Part shown: one piece after another, positions 38,527-48,831 of the stretch | Layout of the letters: each line of letters begins with the position of its first letter | How positions within the stretch are numbered: position 1 is the stretch's first letter | Assembly (NCBI GenBank): GCA_016934215.1 | Contig: JAFGTE010000028.1 | Coordinates: forward strand, 2,672-66,671 | Source: Candidatus Peregrinibacteria bacterium | GTDB lineage: Bacteria > Patescibacteriota > Gracilibacteria > UM-FILTER-43-11 | Direction of reading: 5' to 3' | Length of the DNA: 64,000 bases | Program-made: the position numbers and the translations under genes | The notes under the pieces: generated by a model | Database searches by the model: none | What the model was told of the DNA's origin: nothing | The model's input: the letters and a program-made list of their open reading frames with translations, nothing else

Positions 38527-39428
38527 AATACCTTCTGCTGATCTCACAGGCATGGCTCCTGTTTTTTCTGCCGCCGCAGACGCCCGCGCAGCCGGCTCCT
38601 GCTGCTGTTCCCCCTGTCAGCGTGGAGACGAGTCTGGAAGCTAACGAGATGGGGCGCATCCCGATTCTGGAATACCACAGCATCGGCCCCACGGAATACC
38701 GGTGGACGCGCTCGGCCGAAAATTTCAGGAAAGATCTTGAGTGGCTTTATAACAACGATTACGTCCTATTATCGATCGAAGATTACGCGCACGACCGCTA
38801 TCCGATTCCAGCCGGAAAAAAGCCCGTGGTCCTGACGTTTGATGACGGCAAACCGAATCAGTTCCGATATCTGGAAAACGGCGAAATCGATCCGGACTGC
38901 GCCGTAGGTATTCTGGACCGATTCCACGAAGAACATCCTGACTTCGGAACGGCCGCCGTCTTTTATCTGAACCGCTATCCGTTCGGCTCCGTCGCAGAAG
39001 CCCCGCAAAAGCTGGCATACCTCTATCAGACGGGCCGTCAGATCGGCTACCACACACTGGACCACAATGACCTGAGGTATCTGGGTGCCGGAGGCACCCT
39101 GGCCGTACTAAATGAACAAAAGAAGATGCTCGAAAAGTGGATGCCCGAGGGTATGCCCCTGAGCACACTTGCTTACCCCCACGGATGGGGACCGGCCGGG
39201 GACCGTCAGGAGCTGTCGGCGATGATCTCCGTCGGTCTGCTTATCGGGGCTGAACCGGCTTATCCGCTTTACCACGAAAAAGCCGATCCCTATCGCACCC
39301 CCCGGATCCAGGCCATCGACGACGAGTGGCTCCGGCATTTTGGAAGGCCTGCCGGCACAATCGAAAAACAGGACCATCCCGAAAAATTCGACGTCTTTGT
39401 CAGCGACGGCATAACCGATGAAATTTAA
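38523..39428 (+). CDS. polysaccharide deacetylase (NodB homology) family protein
   Basis: Signal peptide, TFDDG motif and H-x-x-x-H-like YHTLDHND. Markedly GC-richer than its neighbours. ATGA overlap with the der stop. Confidence 0.85.
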   Translation: MKYLLLISQAWLLFFLPPQTPAQPAPAAVPPVSVETSLEANEMGRIPILEYHSIGPTEYRWTRSAENFRKDLEWLYNNDYVLLSIEDYAHDRYPIPAGKKPVVLTFDDGKPNQFRYLENGEIDPDCAVGILDRFHEEHPDFGTAAVFYLNRYPFGSVAEAPQKLAYLYQTGRQIGYHTLDHNDLRYLGAGGTLAVLNEQKKMLEKWMPEGMPLSTLAYPHGWGPAGDRQELSAMISVGLLIGAEPAYPLYHEKADPYRTPRIQAIDDEWLRHFGRPAGTIEKQDHPEKFDVFVSDGITDEI

Positions 39429-39524
39429 ATACCGGGAAATTTGTCAGGCATTCAGATAGTGGAAAGGGCCTTCCGATGTGAAGTCAGAAGAGCCCTGTTA
39501 CCTGGCCGCGGAGAGGGGAAACCC

Positions 39525-39701
39525 CTACTTGCAGTCCAGGCCGATGGTGCCCGCGTACCCGCAGGCCTTCTCGACGGTCTTGCCCTGGCTCTTGGCGAAG
39601 GACGTGATGGTGTCCTTGTGGGGCCAGACGAAGGTACCGATCGAAATCAGCGCTGCGGTGAGGCCGATCAGGCCGATCACAAACTTTCCAAGCTTGAACA
39701 T
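39525..39701 (-). CDS. small (58 aa) membrane-anchored peptide with C-terminal Cys pair
   Basis: MFKLGKFVIGLIGLTAALISIGTFVW...CGYAGTIGLDCK. Strong Shine-Dalgarno (AAGGAGGTGAAATG) and GC-rich third codon positions. The track ORF was trimmed to this ATG. Confidence 0.5.
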   Translation of the reverse strand: MFKLGKFVIGLIGLTAALISIGTFVWPHKDTITSFAKSQGKTVEKACGYAGTIGLDCK

Positions 39702-39797
39702 TTCACCTCCTTGGTAGGGGCGGACAAAAGATAAACTAACACAAAAATAAATATTTGTCAATTAATAGAGAAAAACCGGCAACCGCTTGTTGGAGAA

Positions 39798-39827
39798 TTG
39801 ACCTATACCTATATATTATGGTATAAT
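39798..39827 (+). promoter_or_regulatory. near-consensus extended -10 promoter; transcript probably leaderless
   Basis: TTGACC, 18 nt spacer, TGgTATAAT. Only 7 nt separate the -10 box from the ATG at 39835. Confidence 0.55.
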
Positions 39828-39834
39828 ATTAAGA

Positions 39835-40665
39835 ATGACACAAAAACTTCAGGAACTCACCGTACAGCTCCTTCAGGAGCTTCAAAAAAATGAAGGCCTT
39901 GATCCGGCTATTAAAGATGAGCTCGAAGCATTACTGCATGAAGAAACGGGACACATATCCAAAAAAGAAGAATTAGGAGAGTTTCCGAAAATGCTCAATT
40001 TAAAAGGGCAGTACGTCGAAAGGCTCAGTACTTTAAGACATTACGGGCTGATCGGTACAGATGCTCCGTTCAACCCCGAAAGAGTTCAGCCGCCTGCCTA
40101 CGACACAGTGCGCGACAGTTTTAGCAAAGAGGAACTTGAATATGCGCTTACTTTCAGTCAGCCTACCTTACTGATCATTCCTGAAGTTTCTTTGAGTGTA
40201 AAAATAAAAGCGCTGGAATCCTGTAAAGAAAAAGTGCTTAAACACGAAACATACATCCACGAAGATTACAAAAAAACGGATATTCAGTCAGACAAGATAG
40301 TGGGATGGCGAGCGGTAATTGTGGATGGAATTCCGGAAATGGGAACAGTGCTTGGCGATGATATTAATGCAAAATTCGGAAGTCGTATCAGAAAAAGAAA
40401 CAATGAACGTCACGAACTTGATAAAGGGATGGATCGTCACAAATACTGTCAGCTGATGATGGAATCGGTCAGAGCAGGCAGTCCCATCGATCAAAAAATG
40501 TTTACCTTACTTGATACAGATCCTGCCTTTAACATAGAAAACGTCCCGGCAGGGGATTATGATCTGAATAATAACTGGGTCCGGTTTAATTTAAAGGCTC
40601 CGGATGACATTAATGTATGTGCCCGATTTCGACCCTCTGTCGGAGGTTACAAAATACTTAAATAG
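39835..40665 (+). CDS. hypothetical protein
   Basis: 276 aa ORF with no recognisable domain. Confidence 0.6.
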   Translation: MTQKLQELTVQLLQELQKNEGLDPAIKDELEALLHEETGHISKKEELGEFPKMLNLKGQYVERLSTLRHYGLIGTDAPFNPERVQPPAYDTVRDSFSKEELEYALTFSQPTLLIIPEVSLSVKIKALESCKEKVLKHETYIHEDYKKTDIQSDKIVGWRAVIVDGIPEMGTVLGDDINAKFGSRIRKRNNERHELDKGMDRHKYCQLMMESVRAGSPIDQKMFTLLDTDPAFNIENVPAGDYDLNNNWVRFNLKAPDDINVCARFRPSVGGYKILK

Positions 40666-40666
40666 G

Positions 40667-41224
40667 CTATAGACTTTCCAGATAGGCTTTGAAAGTATCG
40701 ACGCCATTCCACCTCACCTGCTGGCCGTTCACGTAAAAAGTGGGTGTGCCGGGAAGACCGCGGCGGGTTCCTTCCGCCAGCTGAGACATGATTTTATCTT
40801 TAAATTCATGATTTTCCAGGCACACATCAAACTTGCTTCGGTCTAAATTTAACGAATCAGCAACATTATAAAGATAATCTTCCGATATGCTCGACTGATT
40901 TGCATATAAGGTATTCAGGTAGTCAAAAAATTTACCCTGATCACCGGCGCATTCAGAAGCTTCGGCTGCAATAAAAGCATACGGATGGTACGAAAGAGGA
41001 AAATGATAATAATCAAACCGGGCCAGATCCGGATTCTCACGCACCATTTCCTCCGCCTGAGGCACTATGATACCGCAGGCAGGACATTGCGGATCAGAAA
41101 ATACTTCAATCAGAACTTTAGCATCTGAATTACCGAGGTGGTGAGGATTCATATCTGCTGTCGACCCCGGGCAAGCTGAGAGAAAGAAAAATGCAACTGG
41201 CAGCAATAAAAATATTTTTTTCAT
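40667..41224 (-). CDS. DsbA-like thiol:disulfide oxidoreductase lipoprotein
   Basis: Lipobox FFLSAC, thioredoxin-fold CxxC motif (CPAC) and a GTPTFYVNG C-terminal motif. Confidence 0.85.
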   Translation of the reverse strand: MKKIFLLLPVAFFFLSACPGSTADMNPHHLGNSDAKVLIEVFSDPQCPACGIIVPQAEEMVRENPDLARFDYYHFPLSYHPYAFIAAEASECAGDQGKFFDYLNTLYANQSSISEDYLYNVADSLNLDRSKFDVCLENHEFKDKIMSQLAEGTRRGLPGTPTFYVNGQQVRWNGVDTFKAYLESL

Positions 41225-41271
41225 GTTTTAAGGTGTAACAGCAACTCATCTTAGCTTATCAAAAGGCATAA

Positions 41272-41300
41272 TTGCAATGAAAATCCGCCTCAGGTATAAT
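41272..41300 (+). promoter_or_regulatory. putative promoter of dnaX
   Basis: TTGCAA, 17 nt spacer, TATAAT. Lies 28 nt upstream of the dnaX ATG. Confidence 0.5.
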
Positions 41301-41328
41301 CAATATCTCAACCACTCACCTTTTTTCA

Positions 41329-42819
41329 ATGTCGCTCTACCTTAAATACCGGCCACAGAATTTTGCCTCATTGGTGGGGCAGGATCACGCCAAAAAAACC
41401 ATTCAGAGTGCCCTTAAAAGTAACTCCCTTTCGCATGCCTATCTTTTTTGCGGACCAAGGGGAACCGGTAAGACGTCTCTCGCCAGAATTTTAGCGAAAG
41501 GTCTGAACTGTAAAAATCCGGTAGGGGATATGGAACCATGTAATAAATGTGAAATCTGTACTTCCATCAATGCAGGTAAACTGGTTGACCTCATTGAAAT
41601 AGATGCGGCAAGCAACCGTGGGATTGATGAAATTCGGGAACTTCGGGAAAAAATTGTCTTTGCACCTTCTCAGGCCAAAACTAAGGTCTATATTATTGAT
41701 GAAGTTCATATGCTGACCAAGGAAGCTTTCAATGCGCTTTTAAAAACGCTGGAAGAACCTCCTGCTCATGCCTACTTTGTTCTGGCAACCACCGAAGCAC
41801 ATAAGATTCCGGAAACGATCGTCTCCAGATGTCAGCAATTCAGTTTCAGCCGAATCAGCATATCCGATACGAGCCACCGGTTACAAGAGATCGCAGACAA
41901 TGAAGGAGCGTCCTACGAAAAAGAAGCACTCGATCTGATTGCCAAGCTGAGTGCAGGGGGTTTAAGAGATGCTATCGGACTTTTGGAACAAATGATGACG
42001 ACCGGAGAAGTGACTCAGGAAAGAGTCAGTGAACGTCTTGGTTTAACCGGTAGTGAGCATCTTGAAAAATTCTTTAAATATCTTCTTGAAAGAAAACCTC
42101 TGAAAGCGATTGAACTTCTGAATCAGATTAAAGTGAAAGGAAAAAGTATCCCCCAATTCCTTCAGGAACTGATCAGCCATTTCAGGGGGCATATGCTGAT
42201 CAACTTGGGTAATAGCCAGGATACCAGGATTATTTTGGGCTTTATTGAAATTTTCATCGAAGCCAGAAGGCAGATTGACCTGAGTCCGATCCCTGAATTG
42301 CCGATTGAAGTCGCGGTCATTAAGGCCTGTGAATTTAACAGCGATGAATCCGAAGAAGCAGAAAAAAAACCTGAAGTAAAAGTAAAAATTGAAACCATCG
42401 AAAAGAAGAAAGAAGAAAAGACTGCAAAAATGAAAGAATCGGAAACAATGCCGCCTGCTTCAGACAGGGGAGAGCTCCAAATTGAGCAGATCAAAAAAGA
42501 CTGGCAACGTGTATTGGAAGCCATTGATACGCCTTTTATCAAAATGTCGCTGACGGACGGAGAGCCGGTACGCTATGAAAGCGGTATTTTAACGATCGCT
42601 TTCAAATCCAACACGTTTATGGATAAAATTACAAATGCGGCAAACCAGGCAGTCGTGCAGAAAGCTTTTGAAAAAGTCCTTGGAAACAGATTATCACTCA
42701 ATCTTGAAGTGAAGAAAATGGAACTCAGCCCACTTACCAAAAAAACCAATAAGGAAGCAGAAAAAAAACCAAGTGCCGTGGAAATGGCCGCTGAAGTATT
42801 CGGTATTAAGAAAAGTTAG
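41329..42819 (+). CDS. dnaX: DNA polymerase III subunit gamma/tau
   Basis: KYRPQNF..., Walker A GPRGTGKTS, zinc module CxxCxxC, DEVHML and SRCQ sensor motif. 496 aa. Confidence 0.95.
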   Translation: MSLYLKYRPQNFASLVGQDHAKKTIQSALKSNSLSHAYLFCGPRGTGKTSLARILAKGLNCKNPVGDMEPCNKCEICTSINAGKLVDLIEIDAASNRGIDEIRELREKIVFAPSQAKTKVYIIDEVHMLTKEAFNALLKTLEEPPAHAYFVLATTEAHKIPETIVSRCQQFSFSRISISDTSHRLQEIADNEGASYEKEALDLIAKLSAGGLRDAIGLLEQMMTTGEVTQERVSERLGLTGSEHLEKFFKYLLERKPLKAIELLNQIKVKGKSIPQFLQELISHFRGHMLINLGNSQDTRIILGFIEIFIEARRQIDLSPIPELPIEVAVIKACEFNSDESEEAEKKPEVKVKIETIEKKKEEKTAKMKESETMPPASDRGELQIEQIKKDWQRVLEAIDTPFIKMSLTDGEPVRYESGILTIAFKSNTFMDKITNAANQAVVQKAFEKVLGNRLSLNLEVKKMELSPLTKKTNKEAEKKPSAVEMAAEVFGIKKS

Positions 42820-43368
42820 ATGGACAAAGATGAAATCAGATCATCAGCCCTTAAGAAACGTAAAGCACTAAGCAGCGAAAAACAGGAGGAAAAAAGCGAA
42901 AAGATCATTAGCCGGTTAGAAGCACTGGATGTTTTTAAACAAGCCGAAGTGGTACTTATTTATTATTCTCATCATGGCGAAGTCCGTACACAGGAATTGA
43001 TGGCGCGCTGGATTGGCAGAAAACAATTCCTGCTTCCCAGACTGACAGAAGGAGATACGTTTCTGGTACAGCCCGTTTCATCACTGGAAACACTGGAGGA
43101 AAATCGATTTGGCATTCCGGAGCCGGCGGTGTCGGAAGTGGAAGCACCACGGCCGGATCTGATCGTTGTGCCGGGTGTCGCTTTTGACCGCGATGGAAAC
43201 CGTATCGGAATGGGGAGTGGTTACTACGATCGCTTTTTGGAAGATAAAAAAGATGTTCCTAAAGTAGCCCTGGCTTATAGTGAACAAGTTCTTGATGAAG
43301 TACCCAAAGAGCCGTATGATGAACCTGTCGATTACATCATCACGGAAGATGAGGTCATTCGATGTTAA
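42820..43368 (+). CDS. 5-formyltetrahydrofolate cyclo-ligase
   Basis: VPGVAFDRDGNRIGMGSGYYDRFL signature. 182 aa. Confidence 0.9.
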   Translation: MDKDEIRSSALKKRKALSSEKQEEKSEKIISRLEALDVFKQAEVVLIYYSHHGEVRTQELMARWIGRKQFLLPRLTEGDTFLVQPVSSLETLEENRFGIPEPAVSEVEAPRPDLIVVPGVAFDRDGNRIGMGSGYYDRFLEDKKDVPKVALAYSEQVLDEVPKEPYDEPVDYIITEDEVIRC

Positions 43369-43390
43369 ATAGCCCTTCAATCATTTAATT

Positions 43391-44638
43391 ATGTATGAAA
43401 CTATCAAAAAACAAGACGAGGCGGTTTATAAATCAATGATCGCCGAGGCAAAACGCCAATCCGAAGGGATTGAGCTGATTCCGTCTGAGAATTATGTCTC
43501 TCAGGCCGTGCTGGAAGCCAACGGATCCATACTGACTAACAAATATTCAGAAGGGTACCCCGGCAAACGATATTATGGCGGTCAGGAAAATATCGATGCC
43601 ATCGAAAATCTCGCAATCGAAAGAGCCAAAAAACTCTTTGGCGCTGAGCACGCTAACGTGCAGCCTTATTCCGGTTCACCAGCCAACACGGCCATTTACT
43701 TTGCCTTGCTGGAATTCGGGGATACGGTGATGGGCCTGAAACTGGATCACGGCGGGCATATTACGCATGGTCTGCCGATTGCTTATTCAGGAAAAGCTTA
43801 CAATTTTGTGCAGTACGGCGTGAATCCTGAAACCGGTTATATCGATATGGAAGAAGTACGAAAGATGGCTCAGGAGCATAAACCGAAAATGATTGTGGCA
43901 GGGTTCACGGCTTACCCCAGAGACATTGAATGGAAGAAGTTTAAAGAAATTGCGGACGAAGTGGGTGCTTTGACGATGGCGGATATTTCTCATACCGCCG
44001 GCCTGGTGGCGGCAGGAGTGCTTGAATCACCTGTGCCTTATTTTGATGTCGTCATGACCACCACCCATAAAACTTTACGAGGTCCCCGCGGCGCCATTAT
44101 TCTGTGCAAAGAAGCACATGCCAAAGCCATCGATAAGGCTGTTTTTCCGGGGCTTCAGGGAGGTCCTCACGAACATGCGATTGCTGCCAAGGCGGTAGCT
44201 TTTGGTGAAGCACTCAAGCCTGAATTCAAAGAATACGCCGCTCAAGTGAAAAAGAATGCCTACCATCTGGCAGAAGAAATGAAAAAGAAAGGCTTCAAAT
44301 TGGTTTCAGACGGCACCGATACCCATCTTATTCTGGCTGATCTGACGAATAAAAACTTGCCGGGTAAAGAGGCACAGGTAGCATTGGATGAAGTAGGAAT
44401 CACTTTAAACAAAAATACGGTTCCCAATGATCCCCGAAGCCCCTTTGATCCTTCCGGCATAAGACTGGGCACTCCGGCCATCACCACAAGAGGCATGAAA
44501 GAACCCGAAATGGAAAGAATCGCTGATTGGATCGATCGCACTGTTACCGATCCTCAAAATCATGAGAATCTGAAGGTGATTAAAAAAGAAGTGGAAACAC
44601 TTTGTACTAAATTTCCGGTTCCGGGGATTAAACTATAA
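43391..44638 (+). CDS. glyA: serine hydroxymethyltransferase
   Basis: [10 protein letters not shown]..., [12 protein letters not shown] (PLP lysine). 415 aa. Confidence 0.97.
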   Translation: MYETIKKQDEAVYKSMIAEAKRQSEGIELIPSENYVSQAVLEANGSILTNKYSEGYPGKRYYGGQENIDAIENLAIERAKKLFGAEHANVQPYSGSPANTAIYFALLEFGDTVMGLKLDHGGHITHGLPIAYSGKAYNFVQYGVNPETGYIDMEEVRKMAQEHKPKMIVAGFTAYPRDIEWKKFKEIADEVGALTMADISHTAGLVAAGVLESPVPYFDVVMTTTHKTLRGPRGAIILCKEAHAKAIDKAVFPGLQGGPHEHAIAAKAVAFGEALKPEFKEYAAQVKKNAYHLAEEMKKKGFKLVSDGTDTHLILADLTNKNLPGKEAQVALDEVGITLNKNTVPNDPRSPFDPSGIRLGTPAITTRGMKEPEMERIADWIDRTVTDPQNHENLKVIKKEVETLCTKFPVPGIKL

Positions 44639-44658
44639 CTTATAAAAACGATTCCACC

Positions 44659-46368
44659 ATGACGCTTAAAAAAATACTCACTGCCTGTTTTGCGGTCCTG
44701 ATCTTTCTGACACTCTCGCCTGAGAGTTACGCGCATGAATACAGAGATGTGCCGCCTGAATCCAGTTATTATTATCCTATTCACTACCTGAGGCGTAATG
44801 ATGTGTTTAAGGACACGCCTTACTTCTACCCCGATATACTGATCAGCAAAGCTGAATTTATAAAATATCTGGTTATTTTAAACAGCCCTGACTTCAAACC
44901 GTCCGGTTATGCAGATTTACCTTTCGAAGACACCCGCAATACGGCGTGGTATGCCTCCTATTTTAAGGAGGCCATCAAACTTGGAATTCTGGATGACCGG
45001 GAACGCAAAATGGAACCTGATAAAAAATTAACGGTGATTGATGCCCTAACTCTTCTCTTCCATTCACAGAGCATCCCCATTCCAAATGTTTATAAGGGAA
45101 ACATTCCCTATACGGATGTCGCAAGAAATACACAGGCCGCACCGCTTATCATGAGAGCTCTTACCTTTGATCTGATCGTACCTATACGAAACGATTATGT
45201 GGGTATCTATCAACGAGTCACTCGCGCCCAGGCGGCACGCATGATCTACAAACTGGACCTTGCTACGTTAGGGGGACCTTATTCAAATGTCCTGCCTCAG
45301 ACAAGTTCTTATACCCCCGAACTTGAGAAAGTGATCGGTGCCTGGGAACTGATTGAAGAAACTTATTTGAACCGCGATCAAATTGATTCATATGAACTGT
45401 CTGATGAAGTAATCAGACATCTGGTTCAGCAGCTGGATGATCCTTATTCGGTCTATATGAACACCGAAGAAAACAAAAACTTCCAGAGTTCAATAGACGG
45501 TGAAATAGAAGGAATCGGCGCAGTAATCGGATTTAATGAAAATGATGAAGTTTCCATAATCAGCCCGATTAAAGACAGCCCCGCCGATAAAATCGGTCTG
45601 ATGCCTAAAGACGTGATCATCGAGGTGGATGAACAGCCGATTAAAGGCATGAGCCTGGAAGAGGTTGTTAATCTGATCAAAGGACCCAAAGGCACCACCG
45701 TTAAAATCCGGATTAAACGATCCACGGGTTACAAGACCTTTATTATAGAAAGAGCACTCATCAATATTCCTTCGCTGGAATATGAACTGCTGGAAAACGG
45801 AAGCATCATGCATATTATGCTCTACCAGTTCAACAGTGACGCGGCTGCCCAGTTCAGTGAAGCGGTAAATGATATCCAGGCCGACGGAAAGATTAAAGGA
45901 CTCATTCTTGACCTCAGAGGGGATCCGGGAGGACTTCTGGACCAGGCTATCGATATTTTAGGCCATTTTATCAAAGCACAGGAAGAAGTGGTAACTATTC
46001 ATTATAGCGATTACACTCAGGTACTTCTCAGCCGCGGAGATGCTAAGCTCAATGACTTTCCGACTGTTGTACTGATTGACTCAGGCAGTGCTTCTGCTTC
46101 TGAAATCGTAGCTGGTGCACTTAAAGATTACGACCTGGCCACGCTTATGGGAGAAACCAGTTTCGGTAAGGGGACGGTACAGGAAGTTAGCTATTTTACA
46201 GACAGCTCAAGCGTTAAACTAACAGTGGCCAAATGGCTCACTCCCGGCAAAGAAGAGATTGAAGGACAGGGGATTACCCCGGATATTTCCGTGATCGACA
46301 ATCAAAGTACGGAAGCCGATGAGCAGTTAGATCGGGCAATTCAGGAATTAAGACAACTCATGCGCTGA
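44659..46368 (+). CDS. S41 family C-terminal processing peptidase with N-terminal SLH-like region
   Basis: PDZ domain (SPADKIGLMPKDVIIEVDEQ), catalytic region SGSASASEI, and GETSFGKGTVQ. Confidence 0.9.
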   Translation: MTLKKILTACFAVLIFLTLSPESYAHEYRDVPPESSYYYPIHYLRRNDVFKDTPYFYPDILISKAEFIKYLVILNSPDFKPSGYADLPFEDTRNTAWYASYFKEAIKLGILDDRERKMEPDKKLTVIDALTLLFHSQSIPIPNVYKGNIPYTDVARNTQAAPLIMRALTFDLIVPIRNDYVGIYQRVTRAQAARMIYKLDLATLGGPYSNVLPQTSSYTPELEKVIGAWELIEETYLNRDQIDSYELSDEVIRHLVQQLDDPYSVYMNTEENKNFQSSIDGEIEGIGAVIGFNENDEVSIISPIKDSPADKIGLMPKDVIIEVDEQPIKGMSLEEVVNLIKGPKGTTVKIRIKRSTGYKTFIIERALINIPSLEYELLENGSIMHIMLYQFNSDAAAQFSEAVNDIQADGKIKGLILDLRGDPGGLLDQAIDILGHFIKAQEEVVTIHYSDYTQVLLSRGDAKLNDFPTVVLIDSGSASASEIVAGALKDYDLATLMGETSFGKGTVQEVSYFTDSSSVKLTVAKWLTPGKEEIEGQGITPDISVIDNQSTEADEQLDRAIQELRQLMR

Positions 46369-46937
46369 TGATGGGTATTATTCTTGCCTCAGGAAGTCCT
46401 CAGAGAAAGAAAATTCTGAAAAAGATGGGACTCCGCTTTAAGGTCATTCCGGCTCATATTAATGAGCATTATTCAGGTTTTATAAAACCTCACGCCATCG
46501 TAAAATCAATTGCCCGAAGGAAAGCGGAGGTGATTGCTGAAAAATATCCTTCCGACTGGGTGATTGGCTGCGATACCATCGTCTGTTTAAGCAATGGTGA
46601 GATTTCAGTAAAACCAAGAGGCAGAGCAGACGCCAAACGCATTTTAAAGTGTTACCGGGGCAGTTATTGTGATGTTTATTCAGGCCTGGCATTGATGCAT
46701 AAAAAATCCGGAGAGGAATTTGTCAGCTTTGAACGAACGCGCATTCACTTTAGAAATTTCAGCCATAAAAGCTTAGAAGAATATCTGGATACCGGTGATT
46801 GGAAAGGGCGTTCCGGAGCAATGACCATTGAAGGAAAGGGGCACTGGACGACGAAAATGGAAGGGGAATACTGGAATGTCGTGGGCCTGCCGGTTGATTT
46901 ATTAAAAAAGTACCTGAAAATGGCCCATATTGTTTGA
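46368..46937 (+). CDS. maf: Maf-like nucleoside triphosphate pyrophosphatase
   Basis: IILASGSPQRKKIL N-terminus. 189 aa. 1-nt overlap with the upstream stop. Confidence 0.9.
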   Translation: MMGIILASGSPQRKKILKKMGLRFKVIPAHINEHYSGFIKPHAIVKSIARRKAEVIAEKYPSDWVIGCDTIVCLSNGEISVKPRGRADAKRILKCYRGSYCDVYSGLALMHKKSGEEFVSFERTRIHFRNFSHKSLEEYLDTGDWKGRSGAMTIEGKGHWTTKMEGEYWNVVGLPVDLLKKYLKMAHIV

Positions 46938-46959
46938 CGCCCTTCATGGCTTTTGATAA

Positions 46960-48306
<1,347 letters not shown>

Positions 48307-48315
48307 TCACTAACC

Positions 48316-48831
48316 ATGTTTGAGGTTGAAGCTAAAGTGCCCATCAGCAAAGGCGAATTTAAGCATCTAAAAAAAAGGCTCAAAAAAGAAGCCCAGTCAT
48401 TGGGTAGCCGAATCAGTCAGGACACCTATTATGATAACCCCAAAAATGTTTTCATCCGTATCCGGAAAAGGGGAGGGGAGAGCACCTTGAATATCAAGAA
48501 AAGACAAACAATCAGCGGTATAGAATCAAACATAGAAAGTGAATGGCAAATAAAAAACGCAGCCAAATGGAAAACGCTGCTAAAAAGACTTAATATACTG
48601 CCTCATGTCCGCAAAACAAAAAAGAGTCTCCTTTTTAAAAAGAATGGCTTTATTATAGAACTTAATCATGTCAGACTACTTGGGTATTATCTGGAAATAG
48701 AGCGCCTGGTAAAAAGTAAAAAAGAAGTTCCAATAGCAAAAAAAGAACTGATAAAACTATTTAATCAACTTGGTTTCTCAATAAAACAATTTGAATCAAG
48801 ACCTTATCTGGAATTACTCGCCAATGTTTGA
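48316..48831 (+). CDS. CYTH-domain protein (class IV adenylyl cyclase/triphosphatase fold)
   Basis: N-terminal ExExK motif (FEVEAK). Size and pattern are typical of CYTH. 171 aa. Confidence 0.75.
   Translation: MFEVEAKVPISKGEFKHLKKRLKKEAQSLGSRISQDTYYDNPKNVFIRIRKRGGESTLNIKKRQTISGIESNIESEWQIKNAAKWKTLLKRLNILPHVRKTKKSLLFKKNGFIIELNHVRLLGYYLEIERLVKSKKEVPIAKKELIKLFNQLGFSIKQFESRPYLELLANV

Noticed and set aside
39441-39734. Track ORFs 39441..39734 (+) and 39478..39717 (+), antisense to the small peptide gene. Similar antisense ORFs occur inside the deacetylase gene (38725..39377).
   Set aside because: These are typical spurious long ORFs on the antisense strand of GC-rich coding DNA. They have no RBS and an Arg/Gly/Ala-rich composition.
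42754-42770. Second copy of the GAAGCAGAAAAAAAACC A8 tract in dnaX as a recoding site.
   Set aside because: It lies only 19 codons from the natural stop, so a shift there would not produce a distinct gamma-like product. It is probably just a repeated EAEKKP-coding segment.
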